Source: Dyella sp. GSA-30
GTDB taxonomy: Bacteria; Pseudomonadota; Gammaproteobacteria; Xanthomonadales; Rhodanobacteraceae
Direction: 5' to 3'
Assembly: GCF_027924605.1 (NCBI RefSeq)
Contig: NZ_AP027042.1
Location: 409,524 to 473,523, forward strand
DNA length: 64,000 nucleotides
The first letter of the stretch is position 1; each line of letters begins with the position of its first letter. Positions 1 to 7,904 of this stretch are shown here, piece after piece. The notes under the pieces were generated by a model. It searched no databases. It was not told the DNA's origin and saw nothing but the letters and a program-made list of their open reading frames with translations. The position numbers and the translations under genes were made by a program.

Positions 1-196
1 CGCCAAGGCGATCGATCCGACCATTCACCTGCGTGATCGCGAGCTGGAAGACGCGCGCTGGTTCACGCCGCAGCAGATCGTCGACGGCCTTGCCGATGGC
101 AGCTTCGGCGTGCCGTCGCGCCTGTCCGTGTCGTATCAATTGCTGGCCAGCTGGCTGCGTCTGCGCGCCAATCTGGAACTGGACGCACTCATCTAA
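1..196 (+). CDS. NUDIX hydrolase (NudC-like), C-terminal fragment; 5' end outside window
   Basis: Frame 2 reads ...RELEDARWFTPQQIVDGL...SYQLLASWLRLRANLELDALI*, stop at 194-196; resembles C-terminal tail of NADH pyrophosphatase-type NUDIX proteins. Confidence 0.45.
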   Translation, partial: AKAIDPTIHLRDRELEDARWFTPQQIVDGLADGSFGVPSRLSVSYQLLASWLRLRANLELDALI

Positions 197-260
197 GCTC
201 CGTGCCGCTTCAATGCGGCTGCGGCCTCGCTACAATGCGGCCAACAACGGAGAGTCATCG

Positions 261-1130
261 ATGGCCGTCAGTTTGCTCACTGCCCTTCTCGCGCTTGGTC
301 TGCTGCACTTCCTGCCGCAGCTGGCGCATTGGCGCGGCGCCGGCGGCCTACGCCGCTGGGTAACGCAGTTGAGCGACACCAGTGGTGCAGGTCGCATCAT
401 CATCACGTTGCTGGTTCCCCTGGTCGCCTGCCTGCTGATCCAGTGGCTGCTCAGCCTGCTGCCGTTCGGCGGTGTGCTGCGCCTGCTGTTTGCGCTGGTG
501 GTGCTGCTGTACTGCATGGGACCCAATGCGTTCGAAGCGGATCTCGAAGCCATCCTGCGCGCGCCGGATCGTCCCAGCCGCGAGGCGGCCGCCCAGGTGC
601 TCAGCGACGATGGCGACCCGGTCGCATGGAATGCCCCGGCGCTTGGCGAGGCGGTGGTTTACGCCGCGCTGCGTCGTCGCTTCGGCGTGCTGCTGTGGTT
701 CTTTCTGCTCGGGCCAACCGGCGCCTTGCTTTATCACCTGGCCCAGACGTTGGGCCGCAATCGTTCGCTCGGCCTGGACGCCGATGCGCAGACCACCGCC
801 TTTTCGCTCTCCAACGTACTCGACTGGCTGCCTGCGCAGCTGCTGGTGTTCACACTCGCCCTGGTGGGCCACTGGGATGCCGTGATCGGCGCGTGGAAGC
901 GCTGGCATAACCAAGCCGCACCGGCGAGCTGGTATCGCGAAGGACCTGGGTTCCTGGGTGCCGCCGCGCGCGCGGATATCCTGATCGACATCGTCGCCGG
1001 GGATGGCTATGCGGAAGACCGCAGCGATCCGATTACCGAGCTGCTCCGATTGCGCGGTGCGCTGCTGCGTGCGTTGCTGGCATGGCTGAGCGTGGTGGCG
1101 TTGATCGTGTTGGCTGGGTGGATCAGCTAA
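261..1130 (+). CDS. ampE: AmpE-like inner-membrane signalling protein
   Basis: 290 aa, multi-TM; RBS ggagag upstream of ATG 261; sequence architecture parallels E. coli AmpE (LLxALxxLLYCMGP, FWFFLLGPTGALLY, LDWLPAQLLVFTLALVGH). The six-frame ORF from 33 is an upstream extension in the wrong frame relative to the preceding gene. Confidence 0.65.
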   Translation: MAVSLLTALLALGLLHFLPQLAHWRGAGGLRRWVTQLSDTSGAGRIIITLLVPLVACLLIQWLLSLLPFGGVLRLLFALVVLLYCMGPNAFEADLEAILRAPDRPSREAAAQVLSDDGDPVAWNAPALGEAVVYAALRRRFGVLLWFFLLGPTGALLYHLAQTLGRNRSLGLDADAQTTAFSLSNVLDWLPAQLLVFTLALVGHWDAVIGAWKRWHNQAAPASWYREGPGFLGAAARADILIDIVAGDGYAEDRSDPITELLRLRGALLRALLAWLSVVALIVLAGWIS

Positions 1131-1156
1131 GGCTCGCTTCGCATCGCTTCTTGCTT

Positions 1157-1215
1157 CCCCCTCACCCCAGCCCTCTCCCCTGGCTTTGCCGGGGGAGAGG
1201 GCTGGGGTGAGGGGG
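1157..1215. repeat. REP-A palindromic element (short, single perfect 24-bp hairpin)
   Basis: ccccctcaccccagccctctcccc-tggctttgccg-ggggagagggctggggtgaggggg; between convergent ampE and lplT-fusion genes. Confidence 0.8.
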
Positions 1216-1224
1216 CGCTCTCGC

Positions 1225-3087
1225 TTACGCCATATCCCCACGCAATTCCCGCACTCGCGCTTCCAGCGCCGCCGCACTCGACTGCTCCGGCGAACGCACC
1301 GCATCGACCACCAGCTCGACGCGCGCACGAAACCGACGTGGCAGGCGCAGCTTGCGTCGACGACTCCACATGCTGCCCCACAATCCACGTAACGCCATCG
1401 GCACCACTGGTACGGGCCGACGCGCGAGAATCTTCTCCACGCCCGGCCGGAAGGTAGCGATCTGTCCATCACGGGTCAGGCCACCCTCGGGAAAGATGCA
1501 CACCACTTCGCCATCGGCCAGGGCCGCATCGATCGCCTCGTAGGCCGCGTCGAGCACCGCCGGATCTTCCTTATAGCCGGCGATCGGAATCGCCTTGGCC
1601 GTGCGAAACACAAAGCGCAGCACCGGGATATTGAAGATCTTGTAATACATCACGAAACGCACCGGCCGACGCACGCTGCCCATCAGGATCAACGGATCCA
1701 TGAAACTGATGTGGTTGCACACCAACAGCACCGCGCCTTCATCGGGGATCTTTTCCGCACCGTCGACGCGTGTGCGATACAAGGTGTTGGTCAGCGCCCA
1801 GGTGATGAAGCGCATGATGAATTCGGGAACCAGGGTAAAGATGTACACCGCCACGGCGATGTTCAGTAGCGCGGCCGCGAGGAAAATCTGCGGCGCCTCC
1901 AACCCCAGCATCGACAAGCCCAGACCAAACCCCGAGGCGATGCAGATCAATAGAGCATTGATGATGTTGTTGCCGGCAATGACCCGCGAGAGCTGTGCGC
2001 GTGGCGTGCGCGCCTGCACGAAGGCAAACAGCGGCACTACGTAGAAACCGGAAAACACCCCCAGCAAAGCAAGATCGAGCATGACCCGCCAATTGCCGGC
2101 GCCATGCATGAAGACCTGCCAGGTCAGGTTCTGCACCGGACTGATGCCATGCCGCGCGAAATAAAGATCGACGCCGAACACGGTCAGACCAAAAGCGCCG
2201 ACCGGCACCAGACCGATCTCCACACGCTTGCCGGATAGGTGCTCGCACAACAGCGAGCCGATGCCGGTACCCAGCGAGAACAGCGTCAGAATCAGCGTAT
2301 TGACCGAGCCGTCGCCGCCTAGCGTGTAATGCGTGTAGTTCGGTAGCTGTGCCACCAGCACGGTGCCGAAAAACCAGAACCAGGAAATGCCCAGCACCGC
2401 ATTGAACACCGCACGATCGGCATGCGTGAGCTTGAGCACGCGCGCGGTTTCCGTCCATGGATTCCAGCTGAACTTCAACTCCGGTGCCGTGGCCGGTGCG
2501 GCCGGAATGCTGCGGCTGATCGTATAGCCGATCACCGCCACGCCAACCGTCAGCGCCGATGCGGCGATCGGTCCGTAGCCTGCAATCAGCATCAAGGCGC
2601 TACCGGCGATCATGCCGACCAGGATGGCCAGCTGCGTACCCATCTCGACCAGGCCGTTACCGCCGACCAGTTCTTCAGGCTTTAAAGCCTGCGGCAGGAT
2701 CGCGTATTTGATCGGCCCGAACATGGTCGAATGCAGGCCCATCAGGAACAACACCACCAGCAACAGGCTGGTGTGATGGGTATAGAAGCCGAACGCCGCC
2801 AGCGCCATCGCGCCGATCTCGAACAGCTTGACGTAGCGGATGATGCGCGTCTTCTCGTACTTTTCCGCCAGTTGCCCAGCCATCGCGGAAAACAGGAAGA
2901 ACGGCAGGATAAACAGCGCCGGCGCAAGGTTCGTATAGAGCCCGACCGTGTGCTCGTCCAGTCCCATCTGGAACGCCACCAGCATGACCATCGCATTGCG
3001 GAACGCGTTGTCGTTGAACGCCCCCAACGCCTGGGTCCAGAAGAACGGGGCAAAACGACGGCGGCCAAGCAGGGAGAACTGACTCAT
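1225..3087 (-). CDS. lplT: Lysophospholipid transporter LplT (MFS) fused to 2-acyl-GPE acyltransferase (Aas-like, PlsC family)
   Basis: 620 aa; N-terminal 12-TM MFS region, C-terminal acyltransferase with HX4D motif (NHISFMD) and FPEGG motif. Confidence 0.7.
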   Translation of the reverse strand: MSQFSLLGRRRFAPFFWTQALGAFNDNAFRNAMVMLVAFQMGLDEHTVGLYTNLAPALFILPFFLFSAMAGQLAEKYEKTRIIRYVKLFEIGAMALAAFGFYTHHTSLLLVVLFLMGLHSTMFGPIKYAILPQALKPEELVGGNGLVEMGTQLAILVGMIAGSALMLIAGYGPIAASALTVGVAVIGYTISRSIPAAPATAPELKFSWNPWTETARVLKLTHADRAVFNAVLGISWFWFFGTVLVAQLPNYTHYTLGGDGSVNTLILTLFSLGTGIGSLLCEHLSGKRVEIGLVPVGAFGLTVFGVDLYFARHGISPVQNLTWQVFMHGAGNWRVMLDLALLGVFSGFYVVPLFAFVQARTPRAQLSRVIAGNNIINALLICIASGFGLGLSMLGLEAPQIFLAAALLNIAVAVYIFTLVPEFIMRFITWALTNTLYRTRVDGAEKIPDEGAVLLVCNHISFMDPLILMGSVRRPVRFVMYYKIFNIPVLRFVFRTAKAIPIAGYKEDPAVLDAAYEAIDAALADGEVVCIFPEGGLTRDGQIATFRPGVEKILARRPVPVVPMALRGLWGSMWSRRRKLRLPRRFRARVELVVDAVRSPEQSSAAALEARVRELRGDMA

Positions 3088-3166
3088 GCGGATCCTGGCG
3101 TGAGGCGGTGACGGTAGCCTAGCGTGAAAATGCTAAGAACGGATTTGCGATTCGTTATCTTTGCCG

Positions 3167-4369
3167 TCAATCGCCATTGTCGATGTTGTCGTCGATAAAG
3201 CTGGTGCGCTCGCCGACCCAGGCCTGGACGATGTTGTGCGCGGCCTTGTCGGCATCCGTGGCCGAAAAACCGCGCTGCGCAACCAGCCACTTTGCCGTTG
3301 CCTGGCGGGCCGGCCCCATGGCCGCCACGACTTCCGCACGCTCACTACTTGGCCACTGCTTGTCTTCGTACTGGCCCATCAACTCTTTTTCCGCATCGCC
3401 CGCTTCGTCCTTCGCCAGCGGCTTGAGAAAATCGCGCGGCGTGGTCGTCGCACGCAAATCCAGCACGCTCCAATTGACATAGCTGGCGTAGCGAATGGTG
3501 CCGGCGCCTTTATTGGCGCGCATCAGTGCCGATTCCATGGCTTTATCCATGCGCTTCCATGCCGCTTGATCGAACAGGCCGGCAGCGGGTTGGCAAACCG
3601 GCGCAAAGCTGTCGCGCGTCGATCCGTAAAGCGACCCGAAGGCCTTGTAGGCTGCATCGCCCCATCGTGCAAAAAGAAAGCAATGCACATAGGGGCGTTC
3701 GACATTCTGATCGTAGCCTTCACGTTCGATGATCATGCGCAACAAGGTCAACGAGGGTTTACCCCCTGCGGGATCCTTATCGTGCTCGACGTCCATGTAA
3801 ACGCTTTTGGCAAACTCATCGTCGGAGAGGCCGGCCAAGGCAGCGTCGCGTCGGGTACGGGCCTCGCTGTCAGTGACGACAGCCTTGGGCTCGTAATCGT
3901 GCAGATACACCAGCCACGCCGATGCCAACGGGCCGTTGTACTGGCGCAGTTGCGTGGCCGCTGTCGCCGGATCGGCGGGAATGCCCGCAATGATGCGGTC
4001 CAGCGTGGCATTGGCCGCGTCACCAGAGGCATCGAGCTCTTTGTCGCGAGCGGCCAGCTTGGCCTGTAGACAGACCTTCAAACCTTCCGCAGCGCCTTTG
4101 CACCCATCACGACCGGCAAGCCATGTCCGTTGTGCCGCGCGAATATCGGCCACCTTCGAGGCGGCGCTTTCCGATAGCAAATGGCGATAGTGACCACTGA
4201 TCTGCTCGTCGAGCACATTGAGCTTGGGGTCGTCGCAAATCGCATGCTCGACGTCGGTCGATGCTTTCTTGCAATCGAACGATGCGGCACGGGCGCCAGA
4301 GGTGATACCTAGCATCAGGCAAACAGCAACGATCGCCGTCCAGTGACGAGCCTGTTTCAACGCACGCAT
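3167..4369 (-). CDS. Secreted DUF1311 (LprI-like lysozyme-inhibitor N-domain) protein
   Basis: Signal peptide (AIVAVCLMLGITSGARA); FDCKKASTxVExAICxDPxLxxLD motif typical of DUF1311; 400 aa. Confidence 0.5.
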   Translation of the reverse strand: MRALKQARHWTAIVAVCLMLGITSGARAASFDCKKASTDVEHAICDDPKLNVLDEQISGHYRHLLSESAASKVADIRAAQRTWLAGRDGCKGAAEGLKVCLQAKLAARDKELDASGDAANATLDRIIAGIPADPATAATQLRQYNGPLASAWLVYLHDYEPKAVVTDSEARTRRDAALAGLSDDEFAKSVYMDVEHDKDPAGGKPSLTLLRMIIEREGYDQNVERPYVHCFLFARWGDAAYKAFGSLYGSTRDSFAPVCQPAAGLFDQAAWKRMDKAMESALMRANKGAGTIRYASYVNWSVLDLRATTTPRDFLKPLAKDEAGDAEKELMGQYEDKQWPSSERAEVVAAMGPARQATAKWLVAQRGFSATDADKAAHNIVQAWVGERTSFIDDNIDNGD

Positions 4370-4390
4370 CCCTCCCCCCTGGTTGATTGA

Positions 4391-5674
4391 TCAGTGTCGA
4401 TGCAAGGCCCGATGCGCGATGTCGCGTCGAAAGAACGCACCATCGAAGCGGATTTTCGATGCTGCTGCATACGCATTTTCGCGTGCGGCAGCAATGTCCT
4501 TGCCCAGTGCGCAAACGGTAAGCACACGTCCGCCTGCGGTTACCGGCTGTCCCTTGTCATCGAGTTTGGTACCAGCGTGGAACACCTTGGTTTCCGGGCC
4601 GAACTCGGCACCGGCACCTTCGATCACATCGCCGCTATGTACCTTGCCCGGATAGCCACCGGCAGCCATCACGACGCCGAGCGACGGGCGCGGATCCCAC
4701 TGCGCCTTGACGTCGTTCAGACGTCCATCCAGCGCCGCCTCGATCAGTTCGACGAAGTCGGACTTCAGCCGCAACATGATCGGCTGGGTTTCCGGGTCGC
4801 CGAAGCGCACGTTGAATTCGATGACCTTGGGTGCGCCGCTCTTGTCGATCATCAGGCCGGCATAGAGAAAACCCATGAATGGCGCGCCTTCGGACGCCAT
4901 GCCACGCAGGGTCGGCTCGATCACTTCCTTGAGGATGCGCTTCTCGACCTCGGGCGTGACCACCGGCGCGGGCGAATACGCGCCCATGCCGCCGGTATTG
5001 GGGCCCAGGTCGCCGTCGTCGCGGCGCTTGTGGTCCTGGCTGCTGGCCATCGGCAACGCGTTCACGCCATCGCTCATCACGATGTAGCTGGCTTCTTCGC
5101 CTTCGAGGAATTCCTCGATCACCACGCGAGCCGAGGCATCGCCAAACGCGTGCGCGCCAAGCATGTCATGCAAGGCCAGCTCGGCATCGGCCAGCGTCAA
5201 CGCAACTACCACGCCCTTGCCCGCCGCCAGGCCGTCGGCCTTGATGACGATCGGCGCGCCGTGCTGGCGCACATAGGCGAGCGCCGGATTGAGCTCGGTG
5301 AATACGGCGTAGCGCGCGGTGGGAATGTTGTGACGGAGCAGGAAATCCTTGGCGAAGGCCTTGCTGCCTTCCAGCTGCGCCGCGATGGCCCGCGGCCCGA
5401 AGATGCGCAGATTCGCCTTGCGGAAGCGATCGACCACGCCCGCCACGAGCGGTACTTCCGGACCGACCACGGTGAGCGCGATCTTTTCGTCCTTGGCCAG
5501 CTTGAGCAGACCGTCCAGATCGGTCACGGCCACGTCGGCATTGCGCAGGCCACGCTCGCGTGCCGTGCCGGCGTTGCCCGGGGCGACGATCACCTCGCTT
5601 ACTCGCGGCGACTGCTTGAGCTTCCAAGCCAGCGCGTGTTCGCGCCCGCCGCTGCCGATGACGAGGATTTTCAT
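4391..5674 (-). CDS. purD: Phosphoribosylamine--glycine ligase
   Basis: MKILVIGSGGREHALAWKL... ATP-grasp, 427 aa, canonical PurD. Confidence 0.92.
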   Translation of the reverse strand: MKILVIGSGGREHALAWKLKQSPRVSEVIVAPGNAGTARERGLRNADVAVTDLDGLLKLAKDEKIALTVVGPEVPLVAGVVDRFRKANLRIFGPRAIAAQLEGSKAFAKDFLLRHNIPTARYAVFTELNPALAYVRQHGAPIVIKADGLAAGKGVVVALTLADAELALHDMLGAHAFGDASARVVIEEFLEGEEASYIVMSDGVNALPMASSQDHKRRDDGDLGPNTGGMGAYSPAPVVTPEVEKRILKEVIEPTLRGMASEGAPFMGFLYAGLMIDKSGAPKVIEFNVRFGDPETQPIMLRLKSDFVELIEAALDGRLNDVKAQWDPRPSLGVVMAAGGYPGKVHSGDVIEGAGAEFGPETKVFHAGTKLDDKGQPVTAGGRVLTVCALGKDIAAARENAYAAASKIRFDGAFFRRDIAHRALHRH

Positions 5675-5746
5675 GGGTGCTCCGGAACCTGGGGATTGCT
5701 GGGAATCGCCTATTGTAAAGGCTAGTGCTGGTCTGGGGCCTAAAAG

Positions 5747-5883
5747 CCCCCCTCACCCCAACCCTCTCCCCCGGCGAAGCCAGGGGAGAGGGGGCCGACC
5801 GAGGAAGTCCTCAGTGTTTCGTTTTTCCGCAACCTGCTCCCTCTCCCCTGGCTTCGCCGGGGGAGAGGGTTGGGGTGAGGGGG
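5747..5883. repeat. REP-A palindromic element (long ~135-bp imperfect hairpin)
   Basis: Outer arms cccccctcaccccaaccctctcccc / ggggagagggttggggtgagggg, inner arms around a central loop. Confidence 0.8.
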
Positions 5884-5916
5884 AAACAAGAGGCGAAGCG
5901 AAGCGAGCCTGCCGCT

Positions 5917-7287
5917 CTAATGCCCAAGCAACGCCAGCAACTCAGCCCGTGGCAACTTGCCCGTCTCATTGCGCGGCAACGCATCCACCAGCCGCAGCGG
6001 CCGCGGCAGAAACACCGGATCGACCGCACGGCGCAGCACATCGACAATCGCGTGCTCATCCAGCCCCGGCGCCACCGCCAGCGCAGCAATACGCCGCACA
6101 CCGATCGCATCGGCCTCATCGAGCTGAAACACCACCCCATCGCGTACGCCCGGAATGGCCAGCAGGCGGCGAGTGAGATCACCTAGCGAAGCACGCTTGC
6201 CGGCGATTTCCAGCATGTCGGCATGACGCCCGCGCAGGCGGAAACGGCGGCCGTGATCCTCCAGCGCCACGATATCGGCCAGCGTCATCGGTTGATCCAG
6301 CTGGGGTGCCTCGACCTGGGTACCGTCGGGCTGGGGATGCAGCACGATGCCGTCGTAGAGACTCCACGCTTCATCCAGCGCAGCCCGGCGGGTCGCCAGG
6401 ACGCAGGTTTCAGTGGAGCCGAAAACTTCACGCAGCGGGGCACCGAAGCTTTGTTCCGCGCGCGCGGCCAGCTCCGGCGGCATCGGTGCCGTGGCCGAGA
6501 CGATAGCCGCCAGCTCCGGCAGCACCACACCGGATTCGACCAGGGCGCGCAGGTGCACCGGCGTGGTGATCAGCACGCGCGGCGCAGGTATCTCGCTCAG
6601 GGCCCGTGCCACGTCCAGCGGGAAAAAGGGCCTGCCCGCATGCACGGCGACATCGCCGAACAGCGGCAGCAGCACCGACATCTCCAGGCCATACATATGT
6701 TGCGGCGGTACGGTCGCGACCACGCCGAACCTCTCGCCAACCTGCTCCCGATACATCCGCAGGTTACCGCCGGTACTCGCATGGAACTGGCGCCAGGTCT
6801 TGGCATTCGCCTTGGGCGTGCCAGTCGAACCGGAGGTGTAATTGATCGCCACCACCTGCGCCACCGGAATGGCCGGTACGTCGAAAACCGAATCGACCGT
6901 TTCAACGTCTTCGAGCGCTGGCAACAACACATAGCCCTGCGGTGCCGGATCGAGCGCCTGCTCGCCCAGCGCATAACAGCCGGGATGGGCCGCCATCACG
7001 TCTTCTACCGCCTGGGGCGCACGCGACGACGGCAGCAGGTTGGTCTGGCCGCGTAGCACGATGGCGCAAAAGGCCACCAGAAACGCGTAACGGTCTTCGC
7101 AGAGATTGACTGCCGCTGTCGCCTCTGGAAGCGATCCCGCGACACGACGTACAGCGGCCAGAAAATGCGCTGCATCCACCGCCACGCCGTCATGCCAGGC
7201 CACGATGCGCAGCGCGTCGGCGACCGCCAGCAAGGGCAGCGTGGACGCAGCGTTTTCCTGCAAATAGGCGTCGTGGACGAGGGACAA
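5917..7287 (-). CDS. AMP-dependent synthetase/ligase (short acyl-CoA synthetase-like)
   Basis: SGSTGTPK AMP-binding motif, C-terminal ...GKLPRAELLALL; six-frame ORF runs to 7641 but overlaps tsaC; no in-frame ATG after tsaC stop, so TTG at 7287 (MSLVHDAYLQENAAST...) proposed as start. Confidence 0.5.
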   Translation of the reverse strand: MSLVHDAYLQENAASTLPLLAVADALRIVAWHDGVAVDAAHFLAAVRRVAGSLPEATAAVNLCEDRYAFLVAFCAIVLRGQTNLLPSSRAPQAVEDVMAAHPGCYALGEQALDPAPQGYVLLPALEDVETVDSVFDVPAIPVAQVVAINYTSGSTGTPKANAKTWRQFHASTGGNLRMYREQVGERFGVVATVPPQHMYGLEMSVLLPLFGDVAVHAGRPFFPLDVARALSEIPAPRVLITTPVHLRALVESGVVLPELAAIVSATAPMPPELAARAEQSFGAPLREVFGSTETCVLATRRAALDEAWSLYDGIVLHPQPDGTQVEAPQLDQPMTLADIVALEDHGRRFRLRGRHADMLEIAGKRASLGDLTRRLLAIPGVRDGVVFQLDEADAIGVRRIAALAVAPGLDEHAIVDVLRRAVDPVFLPRPLRLVDALPRNETGKLPRAELLALLGH

Positions 7288-7331
7288 GCGATGCTCCTGG
7301 TTTTCGGTCTGCGCGCCGAACGCCGCGCCCG

Positions 7332-7904
7332 TCAGGGCCGAATGATAACGCCACTCACCGCATCGCGAATAAGCGTAGGCGAGGCCTGACCGCCGACCGG
7401 AGCATCGACCAGCCCATCGAGCGCTTCGCCAAAATAGGCCTCGGCCTCGGCCGCCGTGCGTGCCGGCGGATGGCCATGCGGATTGGCGCTGGTCGAGACC
7501 AGTGCGCCGCCGAAAGCACGGCACAGCGCCGCGGTCGGCTCGTGCGCGGTCACGCGCAGGGCAATACCGGCATGGCCGCCGGCGATCCAGGCCGGTACCG
7601 CCGGGCTGCGCGGGAACACCCAGGTATAAGGACCCGGCCACTCGCCGCGAATACGATCGAGCGTGTCTTCGCAGATCTCGGCATTGTCGATGTAGTGTGC
7701 GATTTGCCGGAAATCCGCGGCGATCAACAAGACGCCCTGCGTCGCCGGCCGTTGCTTCAGGGCAAACAGCCGCTCGAACGCAGCGCGATCATGCGGATCG
7801 CAGCCCAGGCCATAAACCGCCTCGGTCGGATAGGCAATGACGCCGCCGCGACGCAATAGCGCCGCGGCCGCATCGACCTCATCGCGAGCGAAACGTGTGG
7901 TCAC
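7332..7904 (-). CDS. tsaC: L-threonylcarbamoyladenylate synthase TsaC/YrdC
   Basis: 190 aa Sua5/YciO/YrdC fold (AYPTEAVYGLGCDP, LALKQRP); GTG start overlaps topA stop by 4 bp (GTGA). Confidence 0.8.
   Translation of the reverse strand: MTTRFARDEVDAAAALLRRGGVIAYPTEAVYGLGCDPHDRAAFERLFALKQRPATQGVLLIAADFRQIAHYIDNAEICEDTLDRIRGEWPGPYTWVFPRSPAVPAWIAGGHAGIALRVTAHEPTAALCRAFGGALVSTSANPHGHPPARTAAEAEAYFGEALDGLVDAPVGGQASPTLIRDAVSGVIIRP

Noticed and set aside
4394-5725. 443-aa ORF on + strand
   Set aside because: Antisense to purD.
5917-7641. Single 574-aa ORF spanning AMP-ligase and into tsaC
   Set aside because: Upstream 100 aa overlap tsaC on the same strand in another frame; the real gene is taken to start at a TTG just after the tsaC stop.
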